NCBI GenBank assembly: GCA_963822585.1
Contig: CAWGIE010000033.1
Location: 1-64,000, forward strand
Length of the DNA: 64,000 nt
From: an uncultured bacterium
GTDB taxonomy: Bacteria > Auribacterota > Erginobacteria > Erginobacterales > Erginobacteraceae
Direction: 5' to 3'
A program made the position numbers and the translations under genes. The notes under the pieces are model-generated. The model worked only from the letters and a program-made list of their open reading frames with translations. It had not been told where the DNA came from and did not search any database. Below are positions 20,019-30,709 of this stretch, piece after piece. Position 1 is the stretch's first letter. Every line of letters starts with the position of its first letter.

Positions 20019-20666
20019 TCAGTTTAATTCCCGGCCTCCGATTTTATCTTTTCCTCGGTGAAATGTATCAGGCAGCTTCCGTAGTTCCTGCGACTGCTCC
20101 ATCTCCGATACCGCCCGGACGAGGGCCTGGTTCACCGCTTCACTCATCGCCGCCGCCAGTTCGCCCTTTCCTTTCTGTTTCACCCGGGCGACGGCCCGAT
20201 AGCTCCAGACAGGAGCGCCGGTATCATGGCGGTTGAATTCCAGGATCAAAGCGAAGGCGGCGTACAATTCGTCTCCCTCTATCACCTGGTCGAAGCTTTC
20301 GATCTCGGAGTTCAGATCAAGCTCGGCCGCCGGGTCGCTGCCGATAAGATCGACCCGGCCGAAGAGCTCCGATGCATTGAGAGCATTAATAAGGGCCCGG
20401 CGCACCATATCGGAGGGGAGTTCCGCCCATTGGCTGTATTCATAGAAACCGACCTCGAACGATCCCCGGCGAAAGACGATCCGGTTCAGGTAACGATCCG
20501 GCGCGCGGACGGGATTAACGTCGACCTTGAGCGGGATGATTTTCTCCGCCTTCGTTACCTCCGGCCCGGTCTCGATCAGATAATAGTAGGTCGGCAGGTG
20601 TGAAGCGCAGGCAGCGGCGGCGATCACCGTTACCGATGACAGCAGAACGGCATGGATTCGTTTCAT
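20019..20666 (-). CDS. PqiC-like ABC transport auxiliary lipoprotein
   Basis: Lipobox AAAC; YYLI, IVFR, QWAELPS; operon context. Confidence 0.8.
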   Translation of the reverse strand: MKRIHAVLLSSVTVIAAAACASHLPTYYYLIETGPEVTKAEKIIPLKVDVNPVRAPDRYLNRIVFRRGSFEVGFYEYSQWAELPSDMVRRALINALNASELFGRVDLIGSDPAAELDLNSEIESFDQVIEGDELYAAFALILEFNRHDTGAPVWSYRAVARVKQKGKGELAAAMSEAVNQALVRAVSEMEQSQELRKLPDTFHRGKDKIGGRELN

Positions 20667-20688
20667 GGCTTCCCTCCTTGGAAAGAAG

Positions 20689-20792
20689 GTAATCAAGTAA
20701 TCGGTAATCAGTAGCCGGAGTTTCGCCGGGCCGGATGGTTTACTGATTACCGATTACTGATTACCGATCACCGATTACCGATCACTGATTAC
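20689..20792. repeat. Inverted-arm 7-mer element (GTAATCR)n...(YGATTAC)n
   Basis: Same family at 38734-38785, 53654-53682, 54437-54521. Confidence 0.85.
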
Positions 20793-20798
20793 TTGTTC

Positions 20799-21542
20799 TT
20801 ACTTAACATACGGATGCTCGGGCTTCGAACTCCCCCAGAAGACGGATGAGGGGTCGTTCTTCAGGAAGTGCATGGTCTGGGCGGCTTCGGTCATTGCCCT
20901 CTGGAAACTGAGCATGGTTTTCCGCAGTTCATAACCGTTGTCGGCCAGGTCGCTCCTGGTGGTATGGAGCAATTTCGTTAAAACATCCAGGGTCTCGCTG
21001 AGAGAGACAAAGGTCCGGTCGGCGTTGCTCAGCAGGGAGCCTATCCGGTCGGCGTTCTCCTCCCCCAGCGCCCGGTTCATGTTCCCCAGGATCTTCTTGA
21101 TCTCCTCCAGAATCTGGGGGAGATCCTTGGCCAGGTTCTCCAGAACGGAGGTCTGCGAGGCAATATACGCGCCCGGAACCAGACCGGGGGAATGAACATC
21201 ACCCCCCGAAAGCTCGACCACCATCCCGCCCATCAGGTTTCCCAGATCGAGCTTGGCCAGGGTTCCTTCCCGCAGTGTCACTTTCCCTCTTTCGATGCCG
21301 ATCTGAACGACAATCTCGTTGTCATCCTTGACGCGGATATCCTGAACCTTGCCCACCTGTACGCCTTTGTAAAGGACGGGGGAATCATTTTTCAGGCCGC
21401 TCACGCTTTCCTGGAAAATGATGAAATAGGAATCGGTCGGTATCCGGTTCTTGAGCGCGATGACGACAAAAACCGCCACGACCAGGGCTACACCGACCAG
21501 CATAAAAATCCCCACTTTTATTTTCTGGGATTTGGTTGCCAC
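20799..21542 (-). CDS. mlaD: MlaD/MCE-domain protein
   Basis: KVGIF, F.ESVSGL...SPVLYKGVQVGKV; GTG start with GGAGG SD. Confidence 0.88.
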   Translation of the reverse strand: MATKSQKIKVGIFMLVGVALVVAVFVVIALKNRIPTDSYFIIFQESVSGLKNDSPVLYKGVQVGKVQDIRVKDDNEIVVQIGIERGKVTLREGTLAKLDLGNLMGGMVVELSGGDVHSPGLVPGAYIASQTSVLENLAKDLPQILEEIKKILGNMNRALGEENADRIGSLLSNADRTFVSLSETLDVLTKLLHTTRSDLADNGYELRKTMLSFQRAMTEAAQTMHFLKNDPSSVFWGSSKPEHPYVK

Positions 21543-21560
21543 TGTTCTCCTCCCTTGATA

Positions 21561-21663
21561 CAAATTAGCGCTGCGCGCTAATTTGAGGTGGAAAAGTGGA
21601 AAGTGTAAAGTGTAAGGACACTTTTGCTCCGGTGCTTTACACTTTACACGTTACACTTTACAC
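21561..21663. repeat. Boundary hairpin plus inverted 7-mer arms (AAAGTGT)n...(TTTACAC)n
   Basis: caaattagcgc-tgc-gcgctaatttg, then arms at 21593-21616 and 21635-21663. Confidence 0.85.
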
Positions 21664-21721
21664 CACAGAATTGAAAATTTCATGTAATGATCCAATTTTA
21701 CTTCATTCACAATTTCGGGGT

Positions 21722-22498
21722 TCAGAGGTTACGGTTACTGAGTTCCCCGATAGAGGCATCCGGGATCCGGTCAAAGAACTGCCTGACCCGGGGCTGGGCG
21801 GTCGTCTCGGCCTCCCGCAGGGAACCGATAAAGATGATCCGGCCCCCGTCCAACATCAGAACCCGGTCGGCAATGGTTTTTATGGATTCCAGCTCATGGG
21901 TGACCACAACCATGGTCAGGTTCATGAGGCGCCGGATATCGAGAATGATCTGGTCGAGACCGGCGCCGATGATCGGATCGAGGCCGGCGGACGGTTCGTC
22001 AAAGAAAACGATCTCGGGATCGACGGCGATCGCCCGCGCGAAACCGACCCGTTTCTTCATCCCGCCCGAGAGCGCCTCCGGCATAAGGTAACCGTAGTCT
22101 CCGAGCCCGACCAGGCTCAGTTTCATCCGGGCCAGGATTTTCATCATCTCCTCATCCATCCCTCCGTATTCCTCCATCGGGAGAGCCACATTCTCGGCCA
22201 CGGTCATGGAGTTGAAGAGCGCGCCGTCCTGGAAGGACAGCCCTACCCGGCGCAGGAGATGGGCCAGCTCATCCTCGTCCATCCGGGTGATGTCCCTCCC
22301 CCAGTAGCTGATCGAGCCGGCGAAGGGTCTGTACAGGCCGACCAGCTGCCGGAGGAGTGTCGATTTCCCGCAGCCGGAGCCGCCGATCACCATCAGTATC
22401 TCGCCCGGGTAAACGTCGAAGGAGATATCCTTCAATACCACGGTATTGTCATACCCGGCGACGAGGTTTCTCACCTGAATGATCGGAGACTTGGTCAT
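21722..22498 (-). CDS. mlaF: MlaF-type ABC ATPase
   Basis: GGSGCGKS, LSGGMKKRV, FFDEPSAGLDP, VTHEL. Confidence 0.9.
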   Translation of the reverse strand: MTKSPIIQVRNLVAGYDNTVVLKDISFDVYPGEILMVIGGSGCGKSTLLRQLVGLYRPFAGSISYWGRDITRMDEDELAHLLRRVGLSFQDGALFNSMTVAENVALPMEEYGGMDEEMMKILARMKLSLVGLGDYGYLMPEALSGGMKKRVGFARAIAVDPEIVFFDEPSAGLDPIIGAGLDQIILDIRRLMNLTMVVVTHELESIKTIADRVLMLDGGRIIFIGSLREAETTAQPRVRQFFDRIPDASIGELSNRNL

Positions 22499-22682
22499 TG
22501 CTTTCTTTAGTCCGACAATTATATCGAGGGCATAGGGAGTAATGGAGTGGTGGAGTATCGGAGTGATAGGAAATCCAATACAGTCGAAGACCCAAGCGAC
22601 ATCCATCATTCCCAATTATTGTTCATCACTCCTTATTTCTTTACTCTTTTTTCTTTCCATGGATTGCCTTGGCGTCCTTGTG

Positions 22683-23794
22683 TTAAGTAGTAAAGTAGAA
22701 CAGCGTCGCAAAGAGCATATCGGCGACGATGATCAGGAAGATGTCCATGACCACCGACCTGGTCGTCGCCCGCCCGACCTCGTCCGCCCCTCCGGTCACC
22801 CGGAGGCCGTTATGACACCCCACGATCACGATGATCGCCGCGAAGAAAAACGATTTGACGAAACCCTGGGTGATGTCGCCCAGTTTTACCGCCTGGACGG
22901 TCTGCCACCACCAGCGGTCGAAGGTATAGCCCAGGGAGAAGATGCCGAGCACAAACCCCCCGGCCACACCGGAGACAAATCCGAAGATGGTCAGGATGGG
23001 CAGGACGATCAGATGGCCAGGAACTTGGGCGCGACCAGGAACTTGGCCACGTTCAAGCCCATCCCCCGCAGGGCGTCGATCTCGTCCGAGACCTTCATGG
23101 TCGCGAGCTGGGCGGTCATGGCGGCGCCCGTCCGGGCGGAGACCACGATCCCGGTCATCACCGCCGCCAGTTCCCGGGCGAAACCGATGACCACCCCGCT
23201 GGCGACCAGAATCTGCATATTGAAAAGACGCAGTTGCACCGCGGAGAGCATGGCGATGACCAGGCCGAGAAGGAAGTTGATCAGGCAGACGATGCCGATC
23301 GCGGTCGCTCCCATCTCCTGGATCTCGGTCAAGAGCCCCCGCCACCGAAATCCGCGTCCTTCCACCGGGGCGAGGAAAGACCAGTAGAGGGCGTCGACGA
23401 TCAGGTTCCCGACTTCCCGGGCTTCCCGGACGGCTGTCAGCCCCTTCCCTCCCAGCTGCTCCAGCAGCCCTTCCTTGATCCGCGGCGGCAAGGGGGGGGG
23501 ATCGAAGTTGCCGTGGATCAGTTCGATAAATTCAGCCACGCGGCCGTGCGCCCCGGTGATGGTGACACAACCGCCGGAGGCCCTTCCGGCCCGGACGGCC
23601 CGGATCAGCCAGGCGCAGCCCCGGCTGTCGATATTGTCGAGCCCCTTCAGGTCTATCCGGATATCCCGATTTCCCCGGGCAACCATCCGGGCGATATCAT
23701 CGAGCAGTTGTTTTCCCCGTTCGTCGGAGAGAATATCCCCGAGGTGCAGTGTTACCGGGGCGCCGCCTGAATTATCGGGGTGTATCTGATCCAT
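22683..23794 (-). CDS. mlaE: MlaE permease with N-terminal STAS domain, frameshift near 23012
   Basis: IDSRG STAS-like motif; RELA, ARTGAA, MKVSDEIDAL; GRATTRSVV in second frame. Confidence 0.88.
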
Positions 23795-23872
23795 CCTGCT
23801 GCATCCGGAGCCAGATCTTCTGCGAGGTGAGCACAAGTGCCCCGCTCTGGGAAGCTTCCAGGTACTGAAGCC

Positions 23873-24286
23873 TCATGGCGCTGACATCTCCTTCCCAGGA
23901 GAACGAGGTCGCGCGGGGGCCGGAGAGGGATCGAGTTCCCCGGTGCCATATTCGGTAAAAACGGTCTGCTGAAGCTTCTGGAAATCCGCCGCGCTTGCCG
24001 TCATAACAGTGCCCTTGTAGAAAACACCGCGCCAGAAAAAATATTCCACCGCGGCGGCGGGGACCGTTCCCATCACCGCGCTCTCTCCCGCCCGGGAATA
24101 CACCTCCACCCCGCCGTACCAGGGCTCTCTCCTCAGCAGGCTGAGTCCGGAGATCTCGCTGATTTTCGTCCCCCAGGCGATCCCCTGGAAGCCGTCCGGC
24201 TGGGTGCCGCTCTTGAAATCGGCGGCGGGAGAATGCCCTCCCAGCAAAAGGAAGCAGACAAACCCTGTCAAAAGGATCTTATACAT
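23873..24286 (-). CDS. Secreted hypothetical protein (C-terminus probably frameshifted)
   Basis: Signal peptide; PDGFQGIAWG; GGAG SD. Confidence 0.6.
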   Translation of the reverse strand: MYKILLTGFVCFLLLGGHSPAADFKSGTQPDGFQGIAWGTKISEISGLSLLRREPWYGGVEVYSRAGESAVMGTVPAAAVEYFFWRGVFYKGTVMTASAADFQKLQQTVFTEYGTGELDPSPAPARPRSPGKEMSAP

Positions 24287-24310
24287 CTTCCGGTACTCCT
24301 GTTGATTTCC

Positions 24311-24455
24311 GAACTACGAATTACGCTAATGGCCCCGACCTCGGCCCCTTTTTGGTCCACAGATTACACAGAGGTCACAGAGGATTGTATCGGCTGTTCA
24401 ACGTTGAACGTTCGACGTTCGACCTTCATCTTGTTGTTCCCTCTCCTCGACCCTG
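24311..24455. repeat. Composite repeat, near-copy of 9158-9325
   Basis: gaactacgaattacgctaatggcccc..cctcggcccctt..ggtccacagattacacagagg shared. Confidence 0.85.
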
Positions 24456-24579
24456 GATTCAGCAAACGATTGAAGATGCCTATTCCCCAAAGTTCCGTCA
24501 AAAAGGATAATAATCCTCTTTGTCCGTGACTGCAACGATTAATCCCGCGGGAAGCCGTATCGTTTCCGGGGGAGACCTT

Positions 24580-25833
24580 TCAGCGGGGAAAGCCGGGAGC
24601 ATTCTCCGGGGAGAGCATCCCGGATATGGCATCACGCAGGAGAAGAGCGACGCGGCGATGTCCGTTGGCGTCGAAGTGACAGAAATCATAATAATCGGAG
24701 AAGTGCTCGTCCAGAACCTGCCCCGCGTCCACGATGACCGCGCCGTATTCTTCAGCGACTTCCCGCATGATCCGATTATAATCGGTATCCGGATAGAGCG
24801 GGGTTCCTCCGTGGAGCGAACGAAACGGCCTGTCCACGGTCAAAGTTTCCTCCGCTTCCTTTACGAGACCCTTTTTCCCATACGCCCGCGCCAGGTTAAT
24901 CCGGGCCAGATCGGCAAAGACATTCTCCGTTGTCACGGCCATCCGCAGGTACCCGATCGCCTCCTCGTATCGTGATTCCTCAAGTGCCGCCATCCCCTGC
25001 CTCAGATATTCGGTCTGGACCGGGTTATCCTTGAGGAGCAGGAAAATCACCGCGGCCCCGTTCTCCTTCGCCAGCCCAGCCATTTTCTTCAGGTTCTCCC
25101 GGAACTTCTCCGGGCCGACCCGAACCGGCAAAGCGTCAAGGCGGGCGGGTTTATTCACCCGGTGGCTGTCCCGGGCCGACTGGGGAACAATGCCCAGCTT
25201 CCCGCAGAGGGTCCGCAGGGAGCGGTAGAGGCAGATATTTTCCAGCAGCGGGTCCAGGGCGTGCTGCAGAGGCATTCTTCGAAATTTTGCATCGCCGTCA
25301 ACCTCGGCGCCGTTGAGCACGTATCTCCGGTCATTGTAGTTAAAGGAGATAACCACGATATCCGGTTTGAGTTCGGGCAGATACCGGAGAAGAGTCTTAT
25401 AGCCCTGGAAGGACGAATAACCGGGTACACCCAGGTTGATAACCGCCACATCGGGCAGCAAATCATCCGCCACTTCCGCGAAGGTCGCCTCGACCGGGAC
25501 CTTGTTGCCGAAGGTCTTCGAGTCCCCGACGCAGAGGACTTTCTTCCCGGCCCGGTCTTTTATCTGGGCGGTGTCGACGGAAATGAATCCCCGGGAATCA
25601 AATTCCCGACGGGTACTGTATACCGGCCCGTTAAAATCCGGTTTCCGTTCCCACCCCAGTTCCGGTGAATAAACGTACCATTTCTCTCCCGCCCGCCGGA
25701 CGTCATTGACGATGGTTTCCGCAATCCTGGCCAGACCTTCCAGCACCAGGAAGACGATGATGAATGCCGCCAGGGCGAGGAGAAACTTTTTCAGGGCCGT
25801 GGAGAACTTCACGATTAGCCTCTCTGACCTCAT
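24580..25833 (-). CDS. SGNH/GDSL hydrolase-family protein with TPR insertion
   Basis: VGDSKTFG, NLGVPGYSS, YND, DFCH catalytic motif; N-terminal TM. Confidence 0.85.
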   Translation of the reverse strand: MRSERLIVKFSTALKKFLLALAAFIIVFLVLEGLARIAETIVNDVRRAGEKWYVYSPELGWERKPDFNGPVYSTRREFDSRGFISVDTAQIKDRAGKKVLCVGDSKTFGNKVPVEATFAEVADDLLPDVAVINLGVPGYSSFQGYKTLLRYLPELKPDIVVISFNYNDRRYVLNGAEVDGDAKFRRMPLQHALDPLLENICLYRSLRTLCGKLGIVPQSARDSHRVNKPARLDALPVRVGPEKFRENLKKMAGLAKENGAAVIFLLLKDNPVQTEYLRQGMAALEESRYEEAIGYLRMAVTTENVFADLARINLARAYGKKGLVKEAEETLTVDRPFRSLHGGTPLYPDTDYNRIMREVAEEYGAVIVDAGQVLDEHFSDYYDFCHFDANGHRRVALLLRDAISGMLSPENAPGFPR

Positions 25834-25930
25834 GCTTCACCCGATTTATTCCCACAGGGATATATCGGAACAGTCTTATACCAAGCATAACAGCAAGCAA
25901 AGAAATTCCCTATCGGCTGCTTACTCCGGG

Positions 25931-28900
25931 CTACGGTGAGACCGTATCCGGAGCCACCACCGACCCCGCATCCTCATCGGCCGCCATTTTTAAGCGACAG
26001 GCGTCGGAGCGGGTCAGCTCGAAGCGGTCGAGGACCTTCTCCTGGAAAGCCTGCATGTAGAGGAAGAGGCCCGGGGTGATGAAGAGGGTGATCACCTGGG
26101 CGAAGGCCAGACCGCCCACGATCAGCAGACCCAGGGGCCGGCGAGCGGAAGCGTCCGCGCCCAGGCCGATCGCGATCGGGAGAGTCCCCATAATGGTCGA
26201 GGCGCCGGTCATCAGGATCGGGCGGAACCGGATAATGCAGGAATTATAGATGGCGTCGAAGGCGCCCTGCCCCTCCTCCATGTACTGCTTGGCGAAGTCG
26301 ACCATCATGATCCCGTTCTTGGAAACAATCCCCAGGAGCATGAACATCCCGATATAGGCGTAAAGGGAGAGTTCGGAGCCGAAGAGATAGAGAGTGAGGA
26401 GACCCCCGAAAGCGGCGGGGGGAAGAGTGGTCAGGACGGTGAAGGGATGGATATAGCTCTCATAGAGAATCCCCAGGATGACGTACATGATGAAGACGGC
26501 CACGATCATCAGCACCACCAGGCTCTGGACCGCCTCCTCGAACTCCTGGGCCTGCCCCTGCATGATGCCCCCGACCGAGGGGGGGAGGATCTCCCGGGCC
26601 ATTTGATTGAGGGCCTTGGTGGCGTCGCCGAGGGGGACCCCGGGAGCCAGGTTGTAGGAGAGGGTGGCGGCATTGAGCTGATTGTGGTGGGGAACATTCT
26701 GTGGCGCGACGGTCGCGATCCACTCGGCCACCGAACTCAGCGGGACCAGTTTCCCGGTCTGCGACGAGCGAACATAGATCTTGGAGAGATCGCCGGGGAC
26801 CTGCCGGTCCTTGTTCTCGGCCTCCATTATCACCCAGTATTGATCGATGTCGGTCAGATAGGTGGCGGATTTGCCCTTGGCATAGGCGAGGGCGAGAGCA
26901 TTCTCGATATCCGAGGCCGTGATGCCCAGGGCCGAGGCCCGGTCGCGTTTCAGGCTGACATTCAACTGGGGAAGGTTCACCTTGACGCTGGTCTGAATGC
27001 CGGCGAAATACGGCAGCTTGCGCATCCGCTGCTCCATCTCGTCAGCCGCCTGGTAGACCTCGTCTATGTCCTGGCCGGAGAGAACATACGAATACTGGCT
27101 TCCGGTAGCGGTGCTTTCCGCCCCCGCGCTCAGGATCAGGGAGGGGAGCGGCATCAGGAAGACCATCCCCAGGTCGGAGATCGAGTGAAGAGACCGGTTG
27201 AGTTCGCCGACCACATCCTCGATCGGGGCTCTCTCATCGGTTGGGACCAGGGTGGCGACGATCATGCCGGTGCTCTGGTCGGCGCCGGTCTGCTTCCCGG
27301 TGACCGTAAGGAGGTTGTCAACCGAGGGGTTGGCGGTGACGACCTCGTTGATCCGGTCCTGAAAATAACGGATCTGTTCCGTCGATGCCCCCTGGAGGGC
27401 CTGGAACTGCCCGTAAAGGAGGCCGCTGTCGCCGATCGGCATGAAGGTCTTGGGGAGGGCGATGAAGAAATAGACGATCCCGGCCAGGCAGCCCAATCCC
27501 CCCAGGATGGTCAGGTACTTGTGGTGGAGCACCCATTTGAGGGCCACCGCGTATTTGTTGATAATCCCGCCGATGAACGCGTCGGAGAATTTTTCCAGCC
27601 GGGTCTTCTTTGACTTTCCCGCTTTCAAGATCCTGGCGCACATCATCGGGGAGAGGGTCAAGGCCATGACGGTGGAGACGGAGATGGCGAAGATGACGGT
27701 GAGGGCGAATTCCTTGAAGTTCCTCCCCACCACGCCGGCCATGAAGACCAGGGGTATAAAGACCACGACCAGGGCGATGCTGGTCGAGATGACCGTCCCG
27801 GTGATCTCCTCCATGCTCTTGATGGCGGCCACCAGGGGTTTCTGGCCGGACTGGATATGGCGGACGGTATTCTCCAAAACAACGATCGCGTCGTCGACCA
27901 GGAAGCCGATGGAAAGGGTGAGACTCATCAGGGAAAGGTTGTCGAGACTGAACCCGGCGAACAACATGACCAGGAAAGTGCCGAAGAGCGTCACCGGGAG
28001 GACGCTGGCCGGGACCATGGTGTCGGATACCCGGCCCAGAAAGAGAAAAATGATCATGACCACCAGGAAGAGGGCGATGACGATGGTGGTCTGTACGTCC
28101 TTGATCGATTCCTGGATCTGGAGCGCCTTGTCGTAGAAGATCCTCACGTTGAGAGAACCCGGGAGTGTGGGGGCGATCTCTTTCAGCAGCGCCCGGATCT
28201 CCTTTGAAAGAGCGACGGTATTGGCCCCGGAAGCCCGGGTGGCAGCGATGCAGAGCGAGCCCGCTTTCATCCCGGTCTTCCCATTTCCGTACATGACGTT
28301 GACCACGTCGCTCTCCAGGCTGTCGACGGCGTTCCCGATATCCCCGATCCGGATAGGCGCGTTGTTCCGGTAGGCGACGATCAGGTCCTCGTACTGTTCC
28401 GGCTCCGTCATCTGCCCTTCGGGATAGATCGAGAAGGTGCGGTATTTCCCGTTCAGGTCGCCGCCGGGCGTGGTCACCGTTCCCTGGCTCAGCGCCTGGT
28501 AGACTTCGTCCAGACCGAGGTCGAAAGAAGCCAGCTTCTGGGGATCGATATAAACCCGGATCGCCCGCTTGGCCCCGTAGATATCGACCTTGGAGATCCC
28601 CTCGATCATATTGATCCGCTGGCCGATTGACTTGTGAGCGTAGTCATAGAGGTCGCCGCCGGTCATGGTATCGGAGTCGATCATGATGTAGATGATCGGC
28701 TGGTCGGCGGGGTTGGTCTTGTCGTAGGTCGGGGGCTGGGGTAGGGTCGGCAGATTGGACTGGGCGCGGGTGATCGCCGCCTGGACATCGGGCGCGGCCA
28801 GATCGATGTTCTTGTTGAGCTCGAAACTGAGGGTGATGGTTGTTATCCCGGCCTGATTATCGGAAAGAATGGTCTGCAGGCCCGGGATCTGCATGCATTC

Positions 28901-29107
28901 GTCTTCCAGGGGGGAAGCGACGGACGAGGCCATCAGTTCCGGGCTGGCCCCCGGATAGGTGGCCGTGATGGTGATCACCGGGTAATCGACCGAGGGGAGA
29001 TCGCTGACCGGGAGCTGGGTATAGGCGACGAAGCCGCCCAGGAGGAGCGTGACCATGATCAGGATGGTCATGATCGGGCGGCGGATAAATTTTTCCGAGA
29101 AGGCCAT
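25931..29107 (-). CDS. RND efflux permease (MdtB/MdtC/AcrB-like)
   Basis: FIRRPI, GFLVDDAIVVLEN, KNGIMMVDFA, RFRPILMT. Confidence 0.95.
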   Translation of the reverse strand: MAFSEKFIRRPIMTILIMVTLLLGGFVAYTQLPVSDLPSVDYPVITITATYPGASPELMASSVASPLEDECMQIPGLQTILSDNQAGITTITLSFELNKNIDLAAPDVQAAITRAQSNLPTLPQPPTYDKTNPADQPIIYIMIDSDTMTGGDLYDYAHKSIGQRINMIEGISKVDIYGAKRAIRVYIDPQKLASFDLGLDEVYQALSQGTVTTPGGDLNGKYRTFSIYPEGQMTEPEQYEDLIVAYRNNAPIRIGDIGNAVDSLESDVVNVMYGNGKTGMKAGSLCIAATRASGANTVALSKEIRALLKEIAPTLPGSLNVRIFYDKALQIQESIKDVQTTIVIALFLVVMIIFLFLGRVSDTMVPASVLPVTLFGTFLVMLFAGFSLDNLSLMSLTLSIGFLVDDAIVVLENTVRHIQSGQKPLVAAIKSMEEITGTVISTSIALVVVFIPLVFMAGVVGRNFKEFALTVIFAISVSTVMALTLSPMMCARILKAGKSKKTRLEKFSDAFIGGIINKYAVALKWVLHHKYLTILGGLGCLAGIVYFFIALPKTFMPIGDSGLLYGQFQALQGASTEQIRYFQDRINEVVTANPSVDNLLTVTGKQTGADQSTGMIVATLVPTDERAPIEDVVGELNRSLHSISDLGMVFLMPLPSLILSAGAESTATGSQYSYVLSGQDIDEVYQAADEMEQRMRKLPYFAGIQTSVKVNLPQLNVSLKRDRASALGITASDIENALALAYAKGKSATYLTDIDQYWVIMEAENKDRQVPGDLSKIYVRSSQTGKLVPLSSVAEWIATVAPQNVPHHNQLNAATLSYNLAPGVPLGDATKALNQMAREILPPSVGGIMQGQAQEFEEAVQSLVVLMIVAVFIMYVILGILYESYIHPFTVLTTLPPAAFGGLLTLYLFGSELSLYAYIGMFMLLGIVSKNGIMMVDFAKQYMEEGQGAFDAIYNSCIIRFRPILMTGASTIMGTLPIAIGLGADASARRPLGLLIVGGLAFAQVITLFITPGLFLYMQAFQEKVLDRFELTRSDACRLKMAADEDAGSVVAPDTVSP

Positions 29108-29216
29108 TATTTTTTTCCTTTGGAAAAAAATAGTTTAAATCAGCGCCTACGGCGCTGATTTATTCATTTGTATTCAATACGATAATTTGGTTCCACGGTA
29201 TCGGGAGACAATTCGA

Positions 29217-30416
29217 TTATTTAGTTTCGCTTTCCGCTTTGGGCTCCCCGGAGCTTTCACTTCCCTTCTTCCCGGCATCCGTGACGATCTGGACTTTGGA
29301 GCCGGGGGCGAGACCCAGCTGACCGTAAGTCACCACTTTCTCGCCGACTTTGACGCCCTTCTTGATCTGGATATAATCCTCCTGGACCATCCCGACCGAG
29401 ATGTCATCCCGCAGGTCCGCCGTGTTATCGTCCTTGATCACGAAGAGGTACATCCCTTTCGGGCCAAGCTGGACGGCGGCGCCGGGGACCAGCACCGCGT
29501 CCGGGGCGCTGGCGACGATGAGCTTGACGGTCACGTACTGCCCCGGCCAGAGTTTCCGGTCCGGGTTGGGAACCGAGGCCCGGAGGGAGACCGTCCCGGT
29601 CATGGGGTCGACGGTGTTATCGATCAGCTGCAGCGTTCCGTCATAGGGGCCTCCCGTATCGCCCTCCAGCGAGACCTGAACCTGCAGGGTGATTTCGCCA
29701 TCTCCTCTTTCACCCAGGGAAACTGGTTTTCGGGGACGGTGAAATCGATATAGAGAGGATCGATCGACTTTATGTTGACCAGGGTCGGTGCCGCCGTTGG
29801 CGGCGACAATGTTACCCGGATCGACCAGCCGCTTCCCGGTGACCCCGTCGATCGGGGAGGTGATCGAGCAGTACTCGATGATTGATCTCCGCCAGACTCG
29901 ACGGCGGCCTGATCGAGAGCCACCTGGGATTGGGCAGCCTCAGCGTCGGACTGATAGGTGTCGTAATCCTGCTGGGAGATCAGCTTCTTCCCGATCAGCT
30001 GCTTGTTCCGATCGAAGGTCTCGTTTTTCAACTTCAGGTCGACCCGGGCATGCTTCCAGGGATGCCTTGCTCTTGTCAAGATCGGCCTGATATTCCCGGG
30101 GATCGATGCTGAAGAGGAGGTCGCCCTTTTTCACCGCATCTCCTTCCGCAAAATGAACGGAGAGGATCTTGCCCGTAACCTGGGAGACGATATTCACATT
30201 GTTGGGAGAGACCAGGTTCCCGAAATTTTCAATATAAAGGGGAATGTCCTTCTCAATCGCCGCGGCAACTTTCACCGGCCGGGGGGGAATCTCCTGCTGC
30301 GGCTGCTTCTTGGAGCAGGCCACCGGCAATGTCAGGGCCGCAACCAGTACCAGCGGAAGAGTGCACCGGATGGCTCGTTGACGCCGATGCGGGCTTTGAG
30401 AGCTGTTGGTTGTCAT
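29217..30416 (-). CDS. RND periplasmic adaptor (MFP), several frameshifts
   Basis: EGDAVKKGDLLFSIDPR, NIKSIDPLYIDF, TGTVSLRASVPNPDRKLWPGQY in successive frames. Confidence 0.85.
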
Positions 30417-30450
30417 GGATCCTTTACCTCCTGAGTGGAAACGTCTTAAA

Positions 30451-30695
30451 ATTAGCGCCTGCGGCGCTACTAATGACGAAATCCGAATGACGAATGACGA
30501 ATGAAACCCAAATGGCAAATGAGCGAATTCCCAATTTTCCCTCTGCTATGCGGCGCGGGCAGCCTGAACGCATCTGGTCATTCGATATTCGTTTTTCGTC
30601 ATTCTTTCGTCATTCGTCATTCGGATTTCGTCATTAATATTGTTTTCCCTAATTTATTGAAAGCCTGAAACAGTACATTAGCGCCTTCAGCGCTC
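30451..30695. repeat. Inverted (AATGACG)n arms bounded by two AGCGCC..GCGCT hairpins
   Basis: Hairpins at ~30453 and ~30680; arms 30472-30515 and 30577-30635; related arm at 4826-4930. Confidence 0.85.
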
Positions 30696-30709
30696 TTGCA
30701 AATTCACTA

